Of a DNA stretch of 64,000 nucleotides, positions 54,572-63,678 are shown in pieces. Position numbers and translations under genes: made by a program. Numbering within the stretch: the stretch's first letter is position 1; each line of letters opens with the position of its first letter. A model generated the notes under the pieces. The model saw nothing but the letters and a program-made list of their open reading frames with translations. It was not told the origin of the DNA and ran no database searches. The DNA lies in the IMG/VR virus record IMGVR_UViG_3300044824_000082, positions 4,652 through 68,651 of that record; one strand, written 5' to 3'. This DNA is from a virus.

Positions 54572-56507
54572 GTGGGTAACAGCCGGTTATGCCGGCGGTG
54601 GTGAATTGTGGGGGATGAGTCCCGACGGCACCGTGGAGACGGCGCAGATTGGGGACGACGTGGAGTGGCCGTATTTCTACTCCGACATCGAGATGCACGG
54701 TAGTGGGGTAGTCGAGACGGAGTTGGAGTCGATTCGGGTGTTGCGGCTCAATGAGATAGCCGACAAGCGGATGTGGAAGATTTCAATGGATTCGCCTCAG
54801 TTGACTAAGGGACTGCGGGGTAAGGCCAAGTTCACGGCGGAAGACGACATCGTGTATTTGGACAGGAGACTGGGTGCGGACGGTGAGGTGGAATGGGTGC
54901 CGCCCAAGCGAGTCTCGTATATGGACCTTGAAAGTGACAGGAAGACGGGAAAGCCCGTGTTGTTCGGTTCGTTGGTGGGAGATAAATACGAACCGTTCAA
55001 GACGGCACAGGATTACTTTCAAGCAATGGAGGACGACAAGGTAGCCCTTTCGACAGCGTGGAACGGGGACAAGTACGATTTCCGTTTGCTCGACAGGGAA
55101 GGCGGGAGCGAGCATTGGAATCGAATGGCGCATTCCGATTGTATGGAACTTTATGCGAAGTTCGGTGACAAGCACGCGCGGCGCGGGTTGGACATAGTAG
55201 CCCGGCGGGAGAAGGTTGGGAAGAAACTGGACCCAGACGTGGACGGACTCGAAGCGTATAACGAGAACGACTGCCGCATCATGCAGAAGATTGTCGAGAA
55301 GGGAGACTTGATTGGGACGGAATACGCGCTGGGGCACCTGACGGGTATCATGCCCACACCGATGAACCTACGGGCCATTGCCCTGTACGAGAACTACTTG
55401 ATGCGGAATCGGGATAAGTACAACTTGTGGTTGGAGGGTGGCAAGGGATTCCGTGCGAAGGAAGAGAGGATTCAAGGCGCGATGATTTTGTACGGTAATC
55501 CCGGGATTTACGATGGTGCAGACGTGCTGGACTACACGAGCTTGTATCCCAGTGTCGTCATGTATAACGAGTATCACGGCAAGGGAGAGACTGTCTGGGG
55601 AGTCACACAGCAGTTGGTTCGGGAATGGGTGCGGCTCAAGGAAGAGAGTGGTAAGGCCAAGAAGAAAACACAGCGCGAGGCGTACAAGGTGCTGGCGAAT
55701 GGCAGCGGTTACGGTATCTTCATGTCCAGCGGCTTCCGGTATGGGGTGCGGGACATTGCGGCGTTCATTACGGCAACCGCGCGGGCGAAGCTCTTGGAGT
55801 TGCGCGGCATTACGGAGAAGATGGGATTCGTCCCGTTGATGAGCGACACGGATAGTTGTGTGGTTCAGATACCGAAGGCGAAGGCGGCGGCGTTGCTCAA
55901 GACGGTGAACAAGCGGGTGGCTCCGTACAGTGTGAAGGAGGAGTACTACCTGAAGCGGTTCATCCTGTTCGGGGGCATCGAAGGCAAGGCTGTCAAGAAG
56001 CGCTACGCGGGCCTTACCGAAGACGACATGCTGGTGGTAAAGGGCCTTGAAATGGTACGCAACGATTGGAGCCCGTGGGCCCGGGAGATGCAAGAACGGT
56101 TGCTCATGGTGATGTTGAAGGCGCCATACGACCAAGTAGCACAGGTATTGAAGGCGGCGGTAGAGGTGGAGAAGGAAGCCTTCTTCGGTGGCAAGGTGCC
56201 GGTGGATGATGTGGCCATCACAAAGAGTATCGACCTCGAAAGGGAATACAAAGTGAAGACTCAGCACTTGAAAGCCTACGAGCAGTTGGAAGACAAGGGC
56301 GAGGGTGCTATTGGATTCGTTACGTACTGGGTGGACGCGAAGGGCAAGACAATCGTTCGGAAGGGAGAGACGGACGAGGAGCTTCGAGCCAAGCTCGATT
56401 GGAAGGCCATCTGGCGGAAGCAGGCAGAGCCGATAATCACGCGGTTGAAGTCGTGCTTCCAGATGCCAGTACGGACGTTGGAGTTGTACTTGACGGGGGA
56501 GCCGTGA
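54561..56507 (+). CDS. polB: family B DNA polymerase with 3'-5' exonuclease
   Basis: ExoI DLE, ExoII WNGDKYDF, ExoIII YNENDC; DYTSLYPS, KVLANGSGYG, SDTDS, KKRY, KGLE. Confidence 0.95.
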   Translation: MTFKWVTAGYAGGGELWGMSPDGTVETAQIGDDVEWPYFYSDIEMHGSGVVETELESIRVLRLNEIADKRMWKISMDSPQLTKGLRGKAKFTAEDDIVYLDRRLGADGEVEWVPPKRVSYMDLESDRKTGKPVLFGSLVGDKYEPFKTAQDYFQAMEDDKVALSTAWNGDKYDFRLLDREGGSEHWNRMAHSDCMELYAKFGDKHARRGLDIVARREKVGKKLDPDVDGLEAYNENDCRIMQKIVEKGDLIGTEYALGHLTGIMPTPMNLRAIALYENYLMRNRDKYNLWLEGGKGFRAKEERIQGAMILYGNPGIYDGADVLDYTSLYPSVVMYNEYHGKGETVWGVTQQLVREWVRLKEESGKAKKKTQREAYKVLANGSGYGIFMSSGFRYGVRDIAAFITATARAKLLELRGITEKMGFVPLMSDTDSCVVQIPKAKAAALLKTVNKRVAPYSVKEEYYLKRFILFGGIEGKAVKKRYAGLTEDDMLVVKGLEMVRNDWSPWAREMQERLLMVMLKAPYDQVAQVLKAAVEVEKEAFFGGKVPVDDVAITKSIDLEREYKVKTQHLKAYEQLEDKGEGAIGFVTYWVDAKGKTIVRKGETDEELRAKLDWKAIWRKQAEPIITRLKSCFQMPVRTLELYLTGEP

Positions 56508-56785
56508 GCGAAGAGGAAGTAAAGTTACCGAAACGATGCCCGTGTTGCGGCGGCGAGTGGGACGGAGGGTTCGGGCGGTTGCGGATGGAAGTTCGAGGGT
56601 TCTGGCCCCAGTCACAGCGGCCCATCGGTATTTATGGAAGGGAGGATGCCGACACGGTAATGTGCCGCAAGTGTTTCAATTTGTATGATAGGGCAGTTCA
56701 AGCGCTCCGCGATGCCAATTTTCATTGGCTCGGAGCGGGTATGGAAGACGAAAGAAAAAGGAAGGCGGGCGATAAAGTTATTTAA
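56504..56785 (+). CDS. Zn-finger protein
   Basis: GTGA overlap; CPCC and CRKC. Confidence 0.5.
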   Translation: MSEEEVKLPKRCPCCGGEWDGGFGRLRMEVRGFWPQSQRPIGIYGREDADTVMCRKCFNLYDRAVQALRDANFHWLGAGMEDERKRKAGDKVI

Positions 56786-56808
56786 ACTCCTGTGGGGGTA
56801 TAGGGACA

Positions 56809-57015
56809 ATGGAAGAAACAAACGAGGGACAAGTAATCGGGGGCGGTGGGGGCACGACAGTGAAATTGACGCCTGGTATCGAATGGGATGGTATTGTCGA
56901 AGACATCGGGCTTACGGGTGTCACGATTCGTCCGATTGACGAACACAAGATTTGGGCAACGAAGGAGATGTTCCCATTGCGGGCGAGGGTTCACGTCAAG
57001 GTGGAAAAGCTATGA
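56809..57015 (+). CDS. hypothetical small beta protein
   Basis: TATTTAAA box at leaderless spacing. Confidence 0.55.
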   Translation: MEETNEGQVIGGGGGTTVKLTPGIEWDGIVEDIGLTGVTIRPIDEHKIWATKEMFPLRARVHVKVEKL

Positions 57016-57215
57016 GTGAAGAGGAAACAGCACCCGAGCCGGTGCAGGTGTGGCTGGCGGATTGTCCGTCTTGCAAGCACAAGATTGTGGTTATCGCTTA
57101 CGCAACGACGAGTACAGGGTGGCTTAACAGTTCGCAGCGAATCACCAAGTTCGGGCTGGCGGAAGTTCCAGCGGAGAAGAAAAAGGAGTCGTTGGAGCAT
57201 CAGGCATTGCACTGA
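57012..57215 (+). CDS. small CxxC protein
   Basis: ATGA overlap; CPSC. Confidence 0.45.
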   Translation: MSEEETAPEPVQVWLADCPSCKHKIVVIAYATTSTGWLNSSQRITKFGLAEVPAEKKKESLEHQALH

Positions 57216-57340
57216 GGAGAAGGCATGTGCGAAGTGAGTAGGATTGAAGTTACAGTGCCGGAGACGGGAGACACCGTGGTATTTCAAGAAGTCGATGATG
57301 AAGGCGTCGTGCGAATCTGGGTGAATAAGAAGGAGTAGAA

Positions 57341-58006
57341 ATGGAACCAGTAATCGAGCAATGGGGACGGGAGAACTATCCCCGTTTGATGGAAAACGAA
57401 AAGTTAATAGAGGCGCTGTACAAACGCAAGGTCTTAAATAAGCCGACGTTGGTGAGTCAGATAATGGCCTATCCGTTGAAGAAGGTAGTGAATCTCGTCC
57501 CGGACGAGGCAGCGAGTGTGATTGTCACCAAGGTGGAGAGTACCGTGACAGAACGTTCGGTGTGTAAGGTGTGTAACCGCAGCAATAAGAACTGTGCGAA
57601 GGCGCAGCAAGAAGGTAGCAAGCACACGTTCGAGGCCACGCCGTTTTACGTGGTGAACATGCTGGCGGGCGATGAAACCGGGATGCAGAAGTTCCAGCGG
57701 CTCGGTACCGACAGGGATTCGGTGGACGCCATCGAGCATGGCGAGGTGTTCGTGTTGACGGGCTCGCTCAAGAAGTCCACGAACGAGCGGTGGGGAGACG
57801 AGTTCGACATCCGCAGCTTTGCGGTGCTTTCAACTGAGCAGAAGGAAGCGTGGGACTCTTTGGACGATTACAATAGCATCCACGGCGGCGAGGGCGGGCT
57901 TTCCGAGGACGAGTTCAATAAGTTCGTGGACGGTAAGCAAGAGTTAATGGCACCGATTTTCGAGCGGGTGTACGTCTCGCATCTGGACGGACGAGTTCGA
58001 TTCTGA
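57341..58006 (+). CDS. putative OB-fold (RPA-like) protein with Zn ribbon
   Basis: CKVC..C; MLAGDETG..VFVLTG resembles the OB-fold D-x-T-G motif. Confidence 0.55.
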   Translation: MEPVIEQWGRENYPRLMENEKLIEALYKRKVLNKPTLVSQIMAYPLKKVVNLVPDEAASVIVTKVESTVTERSVCKVCNRSNKNCAKAQQEGSKHTFEATPFYVVNMLAGDETGMQKFQRLGTDRDSVDAIEHGEVFVLTGSLKKSTNERWGDEFDIRSFAVLSTEQKEAWDSLDDYNSIHGGEGGLSEDEFNKFVDGKQELMAPIFERVYVSHLDGRVRF

Positions 58007-58014
58007 GGTGGAAA

Positions 58015-58281
58015 ATGATTAGCGAAGTGATGGCATTGGTAATAGCAAATTGGGTGTTCTTTGTCGGTGGCATCGCGTTTACGGTAGCATTGATTCCGTC
58101 ATTGCTCAAGAAGGAAACGTCCATACCAGTGTTCTCTTCGAGCATGACGGCGGGGTTCCTGTGGGCGTACGCGGTAGTGGACGGGCTACTGGGACTGTGG
58201 GAAGCGTTGGCGGCGGGGGCTTCGACAGCGTTGATTTGGACGTTGTTGTTGATGTTCCGCCGTCCTAAGCGGGTGAAGTAA
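58015..58281 (+). CDS. three-TM membrane protein, PQ-loop/SemiSWEET-like
   Basis: three hydrophobic helices; ALIPSLLKKETSI; GFLWAYA. Confidence 0.5.
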   Translation: MISEVMALVIANWVFFVGGIAFTVALIPSLLKKETSIPVFSSSMTAGFLWAYAVVDGLLGLWEALAAGASTALIWTLLLMFRRPKRVK

Positions 58282-59048
58282 TGACGGCGAAAGGAGATGA
58301 ATCGGAAGTGACGTTGGAGATGGAGATAGAGCAACTGTTGGAAGCCGGTATACGGCGGCAGGGGCAGCAGGAAGGAGCCGGGCGCGAGAAGGGGTTCCAT
58401 ATCAGCGGGTTGAGCTATGACTGCCAGCGGAACATCCAGTACTCTCAGGTGGAGGAACAAGAAGAAACCCGCAACCTCGAACCGCCAGACGAGGAATTCG
58501 ATGACGGGACGTATCGGATGTGGATTGGGACGATGCTGCATATCACGCCCCTGACACCCAAGCACGAGTGGGGAGTGTACAAGGTGTACGACGTGAACGG
58601 CAAGAAGGTGCGAGTTCACGGGCACATTGACGAGATTTACGTTCGGGCGGACGGTTCTGAAGTGGTGGTGGACAAGAAGTTTGTGGCATCGGTTCCCCGC
58701 GAGCCGAACGAGCATCACAAGCGACAGGTGAGTTACTACGCGGGGTTGCTCAGCGAAACAGGTGCGAAGGTGAACACGGGAGCGATTCTGTATTTCGCGC
58801 CGGTTGTGAACAAGTTCGAGGGGAAGGAGAGGATTCGGGTGTTTACGTTCCCGATTGATACGAAGGCGGCGCTGGCCGAGATGGAACACAAAGTGCGGAC
58901 GATTCAAGAAGCCATTGACGGCGGGACGGTACTGCCGAGGAATCCGCACTGGTTGTGCCTGTTCTGTAAGTTCCGGAAGCCTTGTATTGAAGTTGACGGC
59001 CCGATTACGGTGCGGGCATACGGGAAAACCCAAACACTGACGGAGTGA
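58281..59048 (+). CDS. Cas4-like PD-(D/E)xK exonuclease with Fe-S cysteines
   Basis: HISGLSYDCQR, GTMLH, GHIDE..VVDKK, QVSYY, CLFCKFRKPC. Confidence 0.85.
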   Translation: MTAKGDESEVTLEMEIEQLLEAGIRRQGQQEGAGREKGFHISGLSYDCQRNIQYSQVEEQEETRNLEPPDEEFDDGTYRMWIGTMLHITPLTPKHEWGVYKVYDVNGKKVRVHGHIDEIYVRADGSEVVVDKKFVASVPREPNEHHKRQVSYYAGLLSETGAKVNTGAILYFAPVVNKFEGKERIRVFTFPIDTKAALAEMEHKVRTIQEAIDGGTVLPRNPHWLCLFCKFRKPCIEVDGPITVRAYGKTQTLTE

Positions 59049-59211
59049 AGATGGGAGAAAGTGTAAAGGACCACATGCATAGTTTGAAGCCGCTTTACTT
59101 GGCGCGACTGTACACGTCGGCGGACGATAGACAGTGGGGGCTTGCGATGTTTTTCTGCGAGGACTACGACTGTGAGTATGAAGAGCTTGCTATCGGGGAG
59201 TTTCAAGAAGC

Positions 59212-59928
59212 ATGACGTTGATTATTGACAGTCGGGAACCGCGTCACTTGATAGACGCGCTGTTGGAGCAGGTTCCGGGCTCGCGGATTCAGACGTTGCC
59301 GTACGGTGATTACATTATCGAGGGTTCGAACCAGCGTTTCATTATCGAGCGCAAGACGGTTCGGGACTTGTTCGCCAGTATGAACGACAACCGAATCTGG
59401 GACCAGTTCAAGGGTATCGAGCGGTTCGAGGGCTACAAGCGGCTCTTACTGGTGGAGGGAAGATTCTGGGATGCTTGGAAGTGGGACAAGTCTTTGACAA
59501 TGGCGCGGTACACCGGGTTGAAAGTCAGCGTGCTGTACGGTTGGGAGAACATGTCGCACGTTTCGACAGAGAATCAGGACGAGACGGTGGACTTTATCAA
59601 GCGACTTGCCAAGAAGGTTGGCAACGCGGAAGAAGAAACGTTTACCCGCAGTCTCGGGTTCACCAAAATCAATCGCACCGAGGACGAGAAGTCGATAGAC
59701 GGTGTTCGCTGGCCGGACGGCGTTGGCGAAGCAAAGGCGGCGGAGTTGTTGGAGCGGTTCAAGACGGTGGAAAAGATAGCGCGAGCTTCCGTGAAGGAAC
59801 TCACGTATGTTTTGGGTGAGAAGGACGCTGTTGAAGTCTTCGAAGCCTTCCGCCATAAGTACGGGAGCAAAAAGAAGAAGGTCAAGAAGGAGGTGGCGGA
59901 TGGGGCTGAAGCAAGCGAAGGGAAATAG
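59212..59928 (+). CDS. ERCC4/XPF-family nuclease with HhH
   Basis: IIDSRE, GDYII, IERKT..DL, LLVEG, GVGEAKA. Confidence 0.92.
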   Translation: MTLIIDSREPRHLIDALLEQVPGSRIQTLPYGDYIIEGSNQRFIIERKTVRDLFASMNDNRIWDQFKGIERFEGYKRLLLVEGRFWDAWKWDKSLTMARYTGLKVSVLYGWENMSHVSTENQDETVDFIKRLAKKVGNAEEETFTRSLGFTKINRTEDEKSIDGVRWPDGVGEAKAAELLERFKTVEKIARASVKELTYVLGEKDAVEVFEAFRHKYGSKKKKVKKEVADGAEASEGK

Positions 59929-60088
59929 CTATATATGGGCGGGCGTTTGGAAGGAGAAGCGCGGTTGGGCGTGGAAGATAGAGGACAGGAACCGATGGAA
60001 GACGTGGGGCGGCAGCGGGTTCCAGTCAAGAGACGCGGCGAAAGAAAACATGGATGAAGTCTTGAGGGGGTTGAAAGTCGAACTATGA
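59900..60088 (+). CDS. hypothetical Trp-rich small protein
   Basis: GGAGGTG SD; ORF track. Confidence 0.5.
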   Translation: MGLKQAKGNSYIWAGVWKEKRGWAWKIEDRNRWKTWGGSGFQSRDAAKENMDEVLRGLKVEL

Positions 60089-60453
60089 CAAGCAATGTGG
60101 AAGCGGTGCACAAGTATCGTAGCAAGCACCGCGATTACGTGCGGCAGAGCCAGCGTGAGTATATCGAAAAGAATCGAGAAGAGCTTTGGCAACGCCGACG
60201 AGAAGTTAAGTACGAAGCATTGATGATGTTAGGCGGAAAGTGCACAGGGTTTGAACGTCCATGCGGAATCACCGACATAGATGTTCTTGAAATAGACCAC
60301 GTCATCCCAGTAAATGGAAAGAGAACCGATGCGAGGGGAACATCGTTTCATCGAAAGATTAGAGCAGGCAAGGTTCCTCTTGACAATTTGCAGATTCTGT
60401 GTGCAAACTGTCACAGTCGAAAGACAATAGCGGAAAGAAGGAAAGAAGCATGA
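60085..60453 (+). CDS. HNH endonuclease
   Basis: LGGKC..C..LEIDHVIP..NLQILCANCHSRKT. Confidence 0.88.
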   Translation: MTSNVEAVHKYRSKHRDYVRQSQREYIEKNREELWQRRREVKYEALMMLGGKCTGFERPCGITDIDVLEIDHVIPVNGKRTDARGTSFHRKIRAGKVPLDNLQILCANCHSRKTIAERRKEA

Positions 60454-60638
60454 GCGAGAAGCAGATAATAGCGGAAGGCGATGTGAGCATGGTGAGCGTG
60501 AAAGGAATGAGCGTGAGCGGGGCAACGCTCGGAGCCGGAGAACTGGTTAAAATCGGGTTCCGGTTCAAGGAGCCGAGTCCCATCAACGACTGGCCGTTGG
60601 GTCAAAAGGTGCGAATCACGGTGGAGACGGTAGAATGA
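60450..60638 (+). CDS. hypothetical small protein
   Basis: ATGA overlaps at both ends. Confidence 0.5.
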   Translation: MSEKQIIAEGDVSMVSVKGMSVSGATLGAGELVKIGFRFKEPSPINDWPLGQKVRITVETVE

Positions 60639-60835
60639 CGTACAAGTTGGTGAAAATCCTTGTGAACGGGGACAGCGGTACGGCGGGGTTGCCCGGAGGC
60701 AATTTTTCTGTGACGGCGATTGGGCGGTTCGGTGACAAGATTAAGTTGTGGACGGGCGATTACCGTCTTAGGCCCGGAGAGAAGCTGGCAATCATCAAGC
60801 CGCTTGTACAGTCGAAGCATGAGGTGGTAGAATGA
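60635..60835 (+). CDS. hypothetical small protein
   Basis: ATGA overlaps; GGAG SD. Confidence 0.5.
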   Translation: MTYKLVKILVNGDSGTAGLPGGNFSVTAIGRFGDKIKLWTGDYRLRPGEKLAIIKPLVQSKHEVVE

Positions 60836-60971
60836 CGCTCGGGGTGGGAAACGTTCTGGCAAAGGTGAACGAGGACGGAACGCCGGTTACGGGCGAGGTT
60901 GCGCGAAAGTTCAAGGTGACTTGGATAAGCGGATACGGCTCTCCTGTATTGGTGATGTTGGAGCAAGTAGA

Positions 60972-61178
60972 ATGAAAGAGCACAACCAACGGTGGAAGCG
61001 GTTGAAACGGGGGCGGTTCGGGCGAATGTCGGTTCTCTTTTGTAAGCGGGAGTTTGGCAATAAGTTTTGGCAGGTGGAGTATTGGTATCTGGATGGCATG
61101 CACCGCAGTATCGGGTTCGGCCCGATGGGAATGGCGTTGAACTCGCAACGCAGTTTCTTGCGGGGAGGTAAGCCGTGA
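60972..61178 (+). CDS. hypothetical basic protein
   Basis: overlap chain with neighbours. Confidence 0.4.
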   Translation: MKEHNQRWKRLKRGRFGRMSVLFCKREFGNKFWQVEYWYLDGMHRSIGFGPMGMALNSQRSFLRGGKP

Positions 61179-62449
61179 AGTTGATGCTCATGTCGGACAG
61201 CCCGTCGATGAACACGGGCTACGGGCAGACGGCGATGTACATGTTGAACGAACTGGACATGCTGGGGTGGGAAGTAGCTGCAATTGGCTTCGGCCACGCG
61301 GGGGCTCCGGTGCGGTTCGAGGGACTGGAAATCTGGCCGGCGGCAAGTCAGTTCATGCTGGCAAAGTCGCTGGCGAAGTTCAAGCCCGACATCTTGCTGC
61401 ACATGCGGGATAACTGGGTGTTCATTCCGAAGTACAATCAGGCGCCGTACTCGTTGATTCCGATGGCCCACGCGAACAAGATACATATGATTAACTTTAC
61501 GCCGGTTCAGTGTACGCCACTGCCGCCCGAGTTCATCGAGTCGATTAACACGCAGGCGGACTACACGTACATTACGAACCAGACGGGTGTGGATTCGATT
61601 ATCAAGCAGGGCACAGAAATGAACATGGACTTGAAGAACAAGGTGGGGTTGATGTACAACGGCATTGACTTCGGCAAGTTCAGAACTTTGAAAGTTCAGC
61701 GGAACTCTTCGAACCTGCCAAAAGACAAGAAGATGGTGACGTTCGTGGGCGCGAACATGGACTACCGTAAGCAGATTCCGGTGGCGATGTTGGCGTTCAG
61801 GAAGTACCTATCGCCGGGATGGACGATTGACAATCCCACAGAGCAGACACGAGACGATGCGTTCATGTATCTGCACACGAATCCGTTCGGCGGGTTCGAC
61901 ATTCCCTTGTTTATCAACCTGCTCAAGTTGGAGAAAAGCGTCTTCTTGAAGAGCAGTGAGGGAGTCAAGCTGGCAACGTGGGACTTGACGCCGCAAGAGA
62001 TGGCAGTGATGTTCAACCTCAGTGACGCGTATCTTACGTGCACGTCGGCGGAGGGGTTCAACCAGCCGCTTTTGGAAGCGATAGCATGTGGGTTGCCGTG
62101 TGCGGTAACGGACACTCCGATTCACCGCGAGTTGTTTACTCAGTTCGGGGGCAGGGTGCGGTTCATCAAGTCGCACCAGACGCTCCCGACAGTGTGGGCC
62201 TTCGAGCATAACTGCGACCCGGACGATGGGGCGGAGAAGTTGAGGGAGGCGTTGGACTACGGAAAGAAGGAAATCAATATGAACGATTTCCCGCAGTTCA
62301 GCTACCGGCGCATCATGAAGAAGTTCGCGGAAGAGGCGGAGAAGCTGGTGGAGATTCCGTTCCCGGACCCGGAAGAAGAGAAGAAGAAGCTCATGGAACT
62401 CCAGAAGAAGCAAGAGGAAGCGTTGCAGGCAGTTCGAAGTCAGCAGTGA
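61175..62449 (+). CDS. GT-B (GT4-like) glycosyltransferase
   Basis: SDSPSMNTGYG, YNGID, FVGANMDYRK, SAEGFNQPLLEAIACGLP. Confidence 0.9.
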   Translation: MKLMLMSDSPSMNTGYGQTAMYMLNELDMLGWEVAAIGFGHAGAPVRFEGLEIWPAASQFMLAKSLAKFKPDILLHMRDNWVFIPKYNQAPYSLIPMAHANKIHMINFTPVQCTPLPPEFIESINTQADYTYITNQTGVDSIIKQGTEMNMDLKNKVGLMYNGIDFGKFRTLKVQRNSSNLPKDKKMVTFVGANMDYRKQIPVAMLAFRKYLSPGWTIDNPTEQTRDDAFMYLHTNPFGGFDIPLFINLLKLEKSVFLKSSEGVKLATWDLTPQEMAVMFNLSDAYLTCTSAEGFNQPLLEAIACGLPCAVTDTPIHRELFTQFGGRVRFIKSHQTLPTVWAFEHNCDPDDGAEKLREALDYGKKEINMNDFPQFSYRRIMKKFAEEAEKLVEIPFPDPEEEKKKLMELQKKQEEALQAVRSQQ

Positions 62450-62463
62450 GAACGGGGTGTAAA

Positions 62464-62769
62464 ATGGAACGAATCGCGTTGGGCGAGCAATTCAGTACGT
62501 TGCCGAGGGCGCCGAAAGAAGAGCCGAAGCAAGAGACAGTTGTTCCGAGTGGCGAGGCGCTGATAGATGCTTCTGGTGTGGGGGTTGTTATTGCCGGCAA
62601 CTTGCAAGTCAATGGCTCGCATAATATGTTCCGTGACATTGTGGTAACTGGGTGCGGCGCATCTTCTACGGTTAAGTTAGACATCCCGACAGATTGGTAC
62701 GTAGAGATTTCGAACGGGCTTTTCAGCAAAGACGGGTTCGGTTTTATGTTGAACGCGCAGAGGGTGTAG
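62464..62769 (+). CDS. hypothetical protein
   Basis: GGGGTG SD; N-terminus shared with the next ORF. Confidence 0.55.
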   Translation: MERIALGEQFSTLPRAPKEEPKQETVVPSGEALIDASGVGVVIAGNLQVNGSHNMFRDIVVTGCGASSTVKLDIPTDWYVEISNGLFSKDGFGFMLNAQRV

Positions 62770-62770
62770 C

Positions 62771-63085
62771 ATGCAGCGAATAGCGTTGGGCGAGACGTTC
62801 AGTGGATTGAAGAAAGACTTCGTGGTGGATGAAGTCTCGGTGCCAGAAATGCCTGTTATCACGAACCATTACGAACAGTACCCTTCGTCGGGAATCGTCA
62901 CCCCGTGGGTTATCCCGCCCGAAAGCGGGGTAGAGTTCGGGCCGAGTGCGGTGGCCGCCATGCCGCCCCCGCCGGTACGCTTGCCGTGGGCGGTAACGGA
63001 CGTTAAATCAGTCGTTGAGGGTATCCTTAAAGGACGGCTCAAGGCCAGCGAGGTGCCCAAAAGCATTCGGGAGGGGCCCGTATGA
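62771..63085 (+). CDS. hypothetical Pro-rich protein
   Basis: GAGGGTG SD; MQRIALGETFS N-terminus. Confidence 0.55.
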   Translation: MQRIALGETFSGLKKDFVVDEVSVPEMPVITNHYEQYPSSGIVTPWVIPPESGVEFGPSAVAAMPPPPVRLPWAVTDVKSVVEGILKGRLKASEVPKSIREGPV

Positions 63086-63678
63086 ATGGGCATAGGATTA
63101 GCGGAAACGGCCCTAGAAACGATTCTGGCGTGGCACCCCCTATCGGGACACCCCCTTCCGAACCGAGCATCCTAACGCGTAGTGGGCAGACGTTCTATTA
63201 CGAGCGCCCCGATGATTTCGAGTATTCGTTGGCGGACATCGGCTACGCGCTCGGAAATCTTTGCCGGTATGCCGGGCACACCGGGTGGTGGTCCGTGGCG
63301 CAGCACAGTTTGTTGGTGGCATGGTTGGCGGAACCGAAAGACAAGCTTCGGGCGTTGTTGCACGATGCTTCGGAGGCGTTCTTGGTGGACGTTCCCGGGC
63401 CGCTTAAGCGAATGGAATGCATGGCGGGGTATCGGGAGCTTGAGAGTAAGGTTATGCGGGCGATTCATCGGCAGTTCGGCATCCCCGAAGACGTAGAAGC
63501 GGAGAAGCGGGTGAAGCAAGCGGACATTCTGGCGTATGAGATGGAGTCCAAGTATCTCGGGCGGGGCAACGGGTACAGTGAGTTGTCGCTCGTCATCCCG
63601 GAAGAGATTAGGCGGATGAACCGGGCGGAGTCTCAGTACGAGTTCGAACGGATGGCAATTTGGTTGATGAGTCAATGA
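63082..63678 (+). CDS. HD-domain hydrolase (YfbR/YfdR-like 5'-deoxynucleotidase family)
   Basis: CRYAGHT..SVAQHS, LLHDASEAFLVDVPGPLK, VKQAD..E. Confidence 0.88.
   Translation: MNGHRISGNGPRNDSGVAPPIGTPPSEPSILTRSGQTFYYERPDDFEYSLADIGYALGNLCRYAGHTGWWSVAQHSLLVAWLAEPKDKLRALLHDASEAFLVDVPGPLKRMECMAGYRELESKVMRAIHRQFGIPEDVEAEKRVKQADILAYEMESKYLGRGNGYSELSLVIPEEIRRMNRAESQYEFERMAIWLMSQ

Noticed and set aside
58281-59048. CRISPR-Cas system implied by the Cas4-like gene
   Set aside because: No repeat-spacer array or other cas genes seen; stand-alone Cas4-like nucleases are common in archaeal viruses
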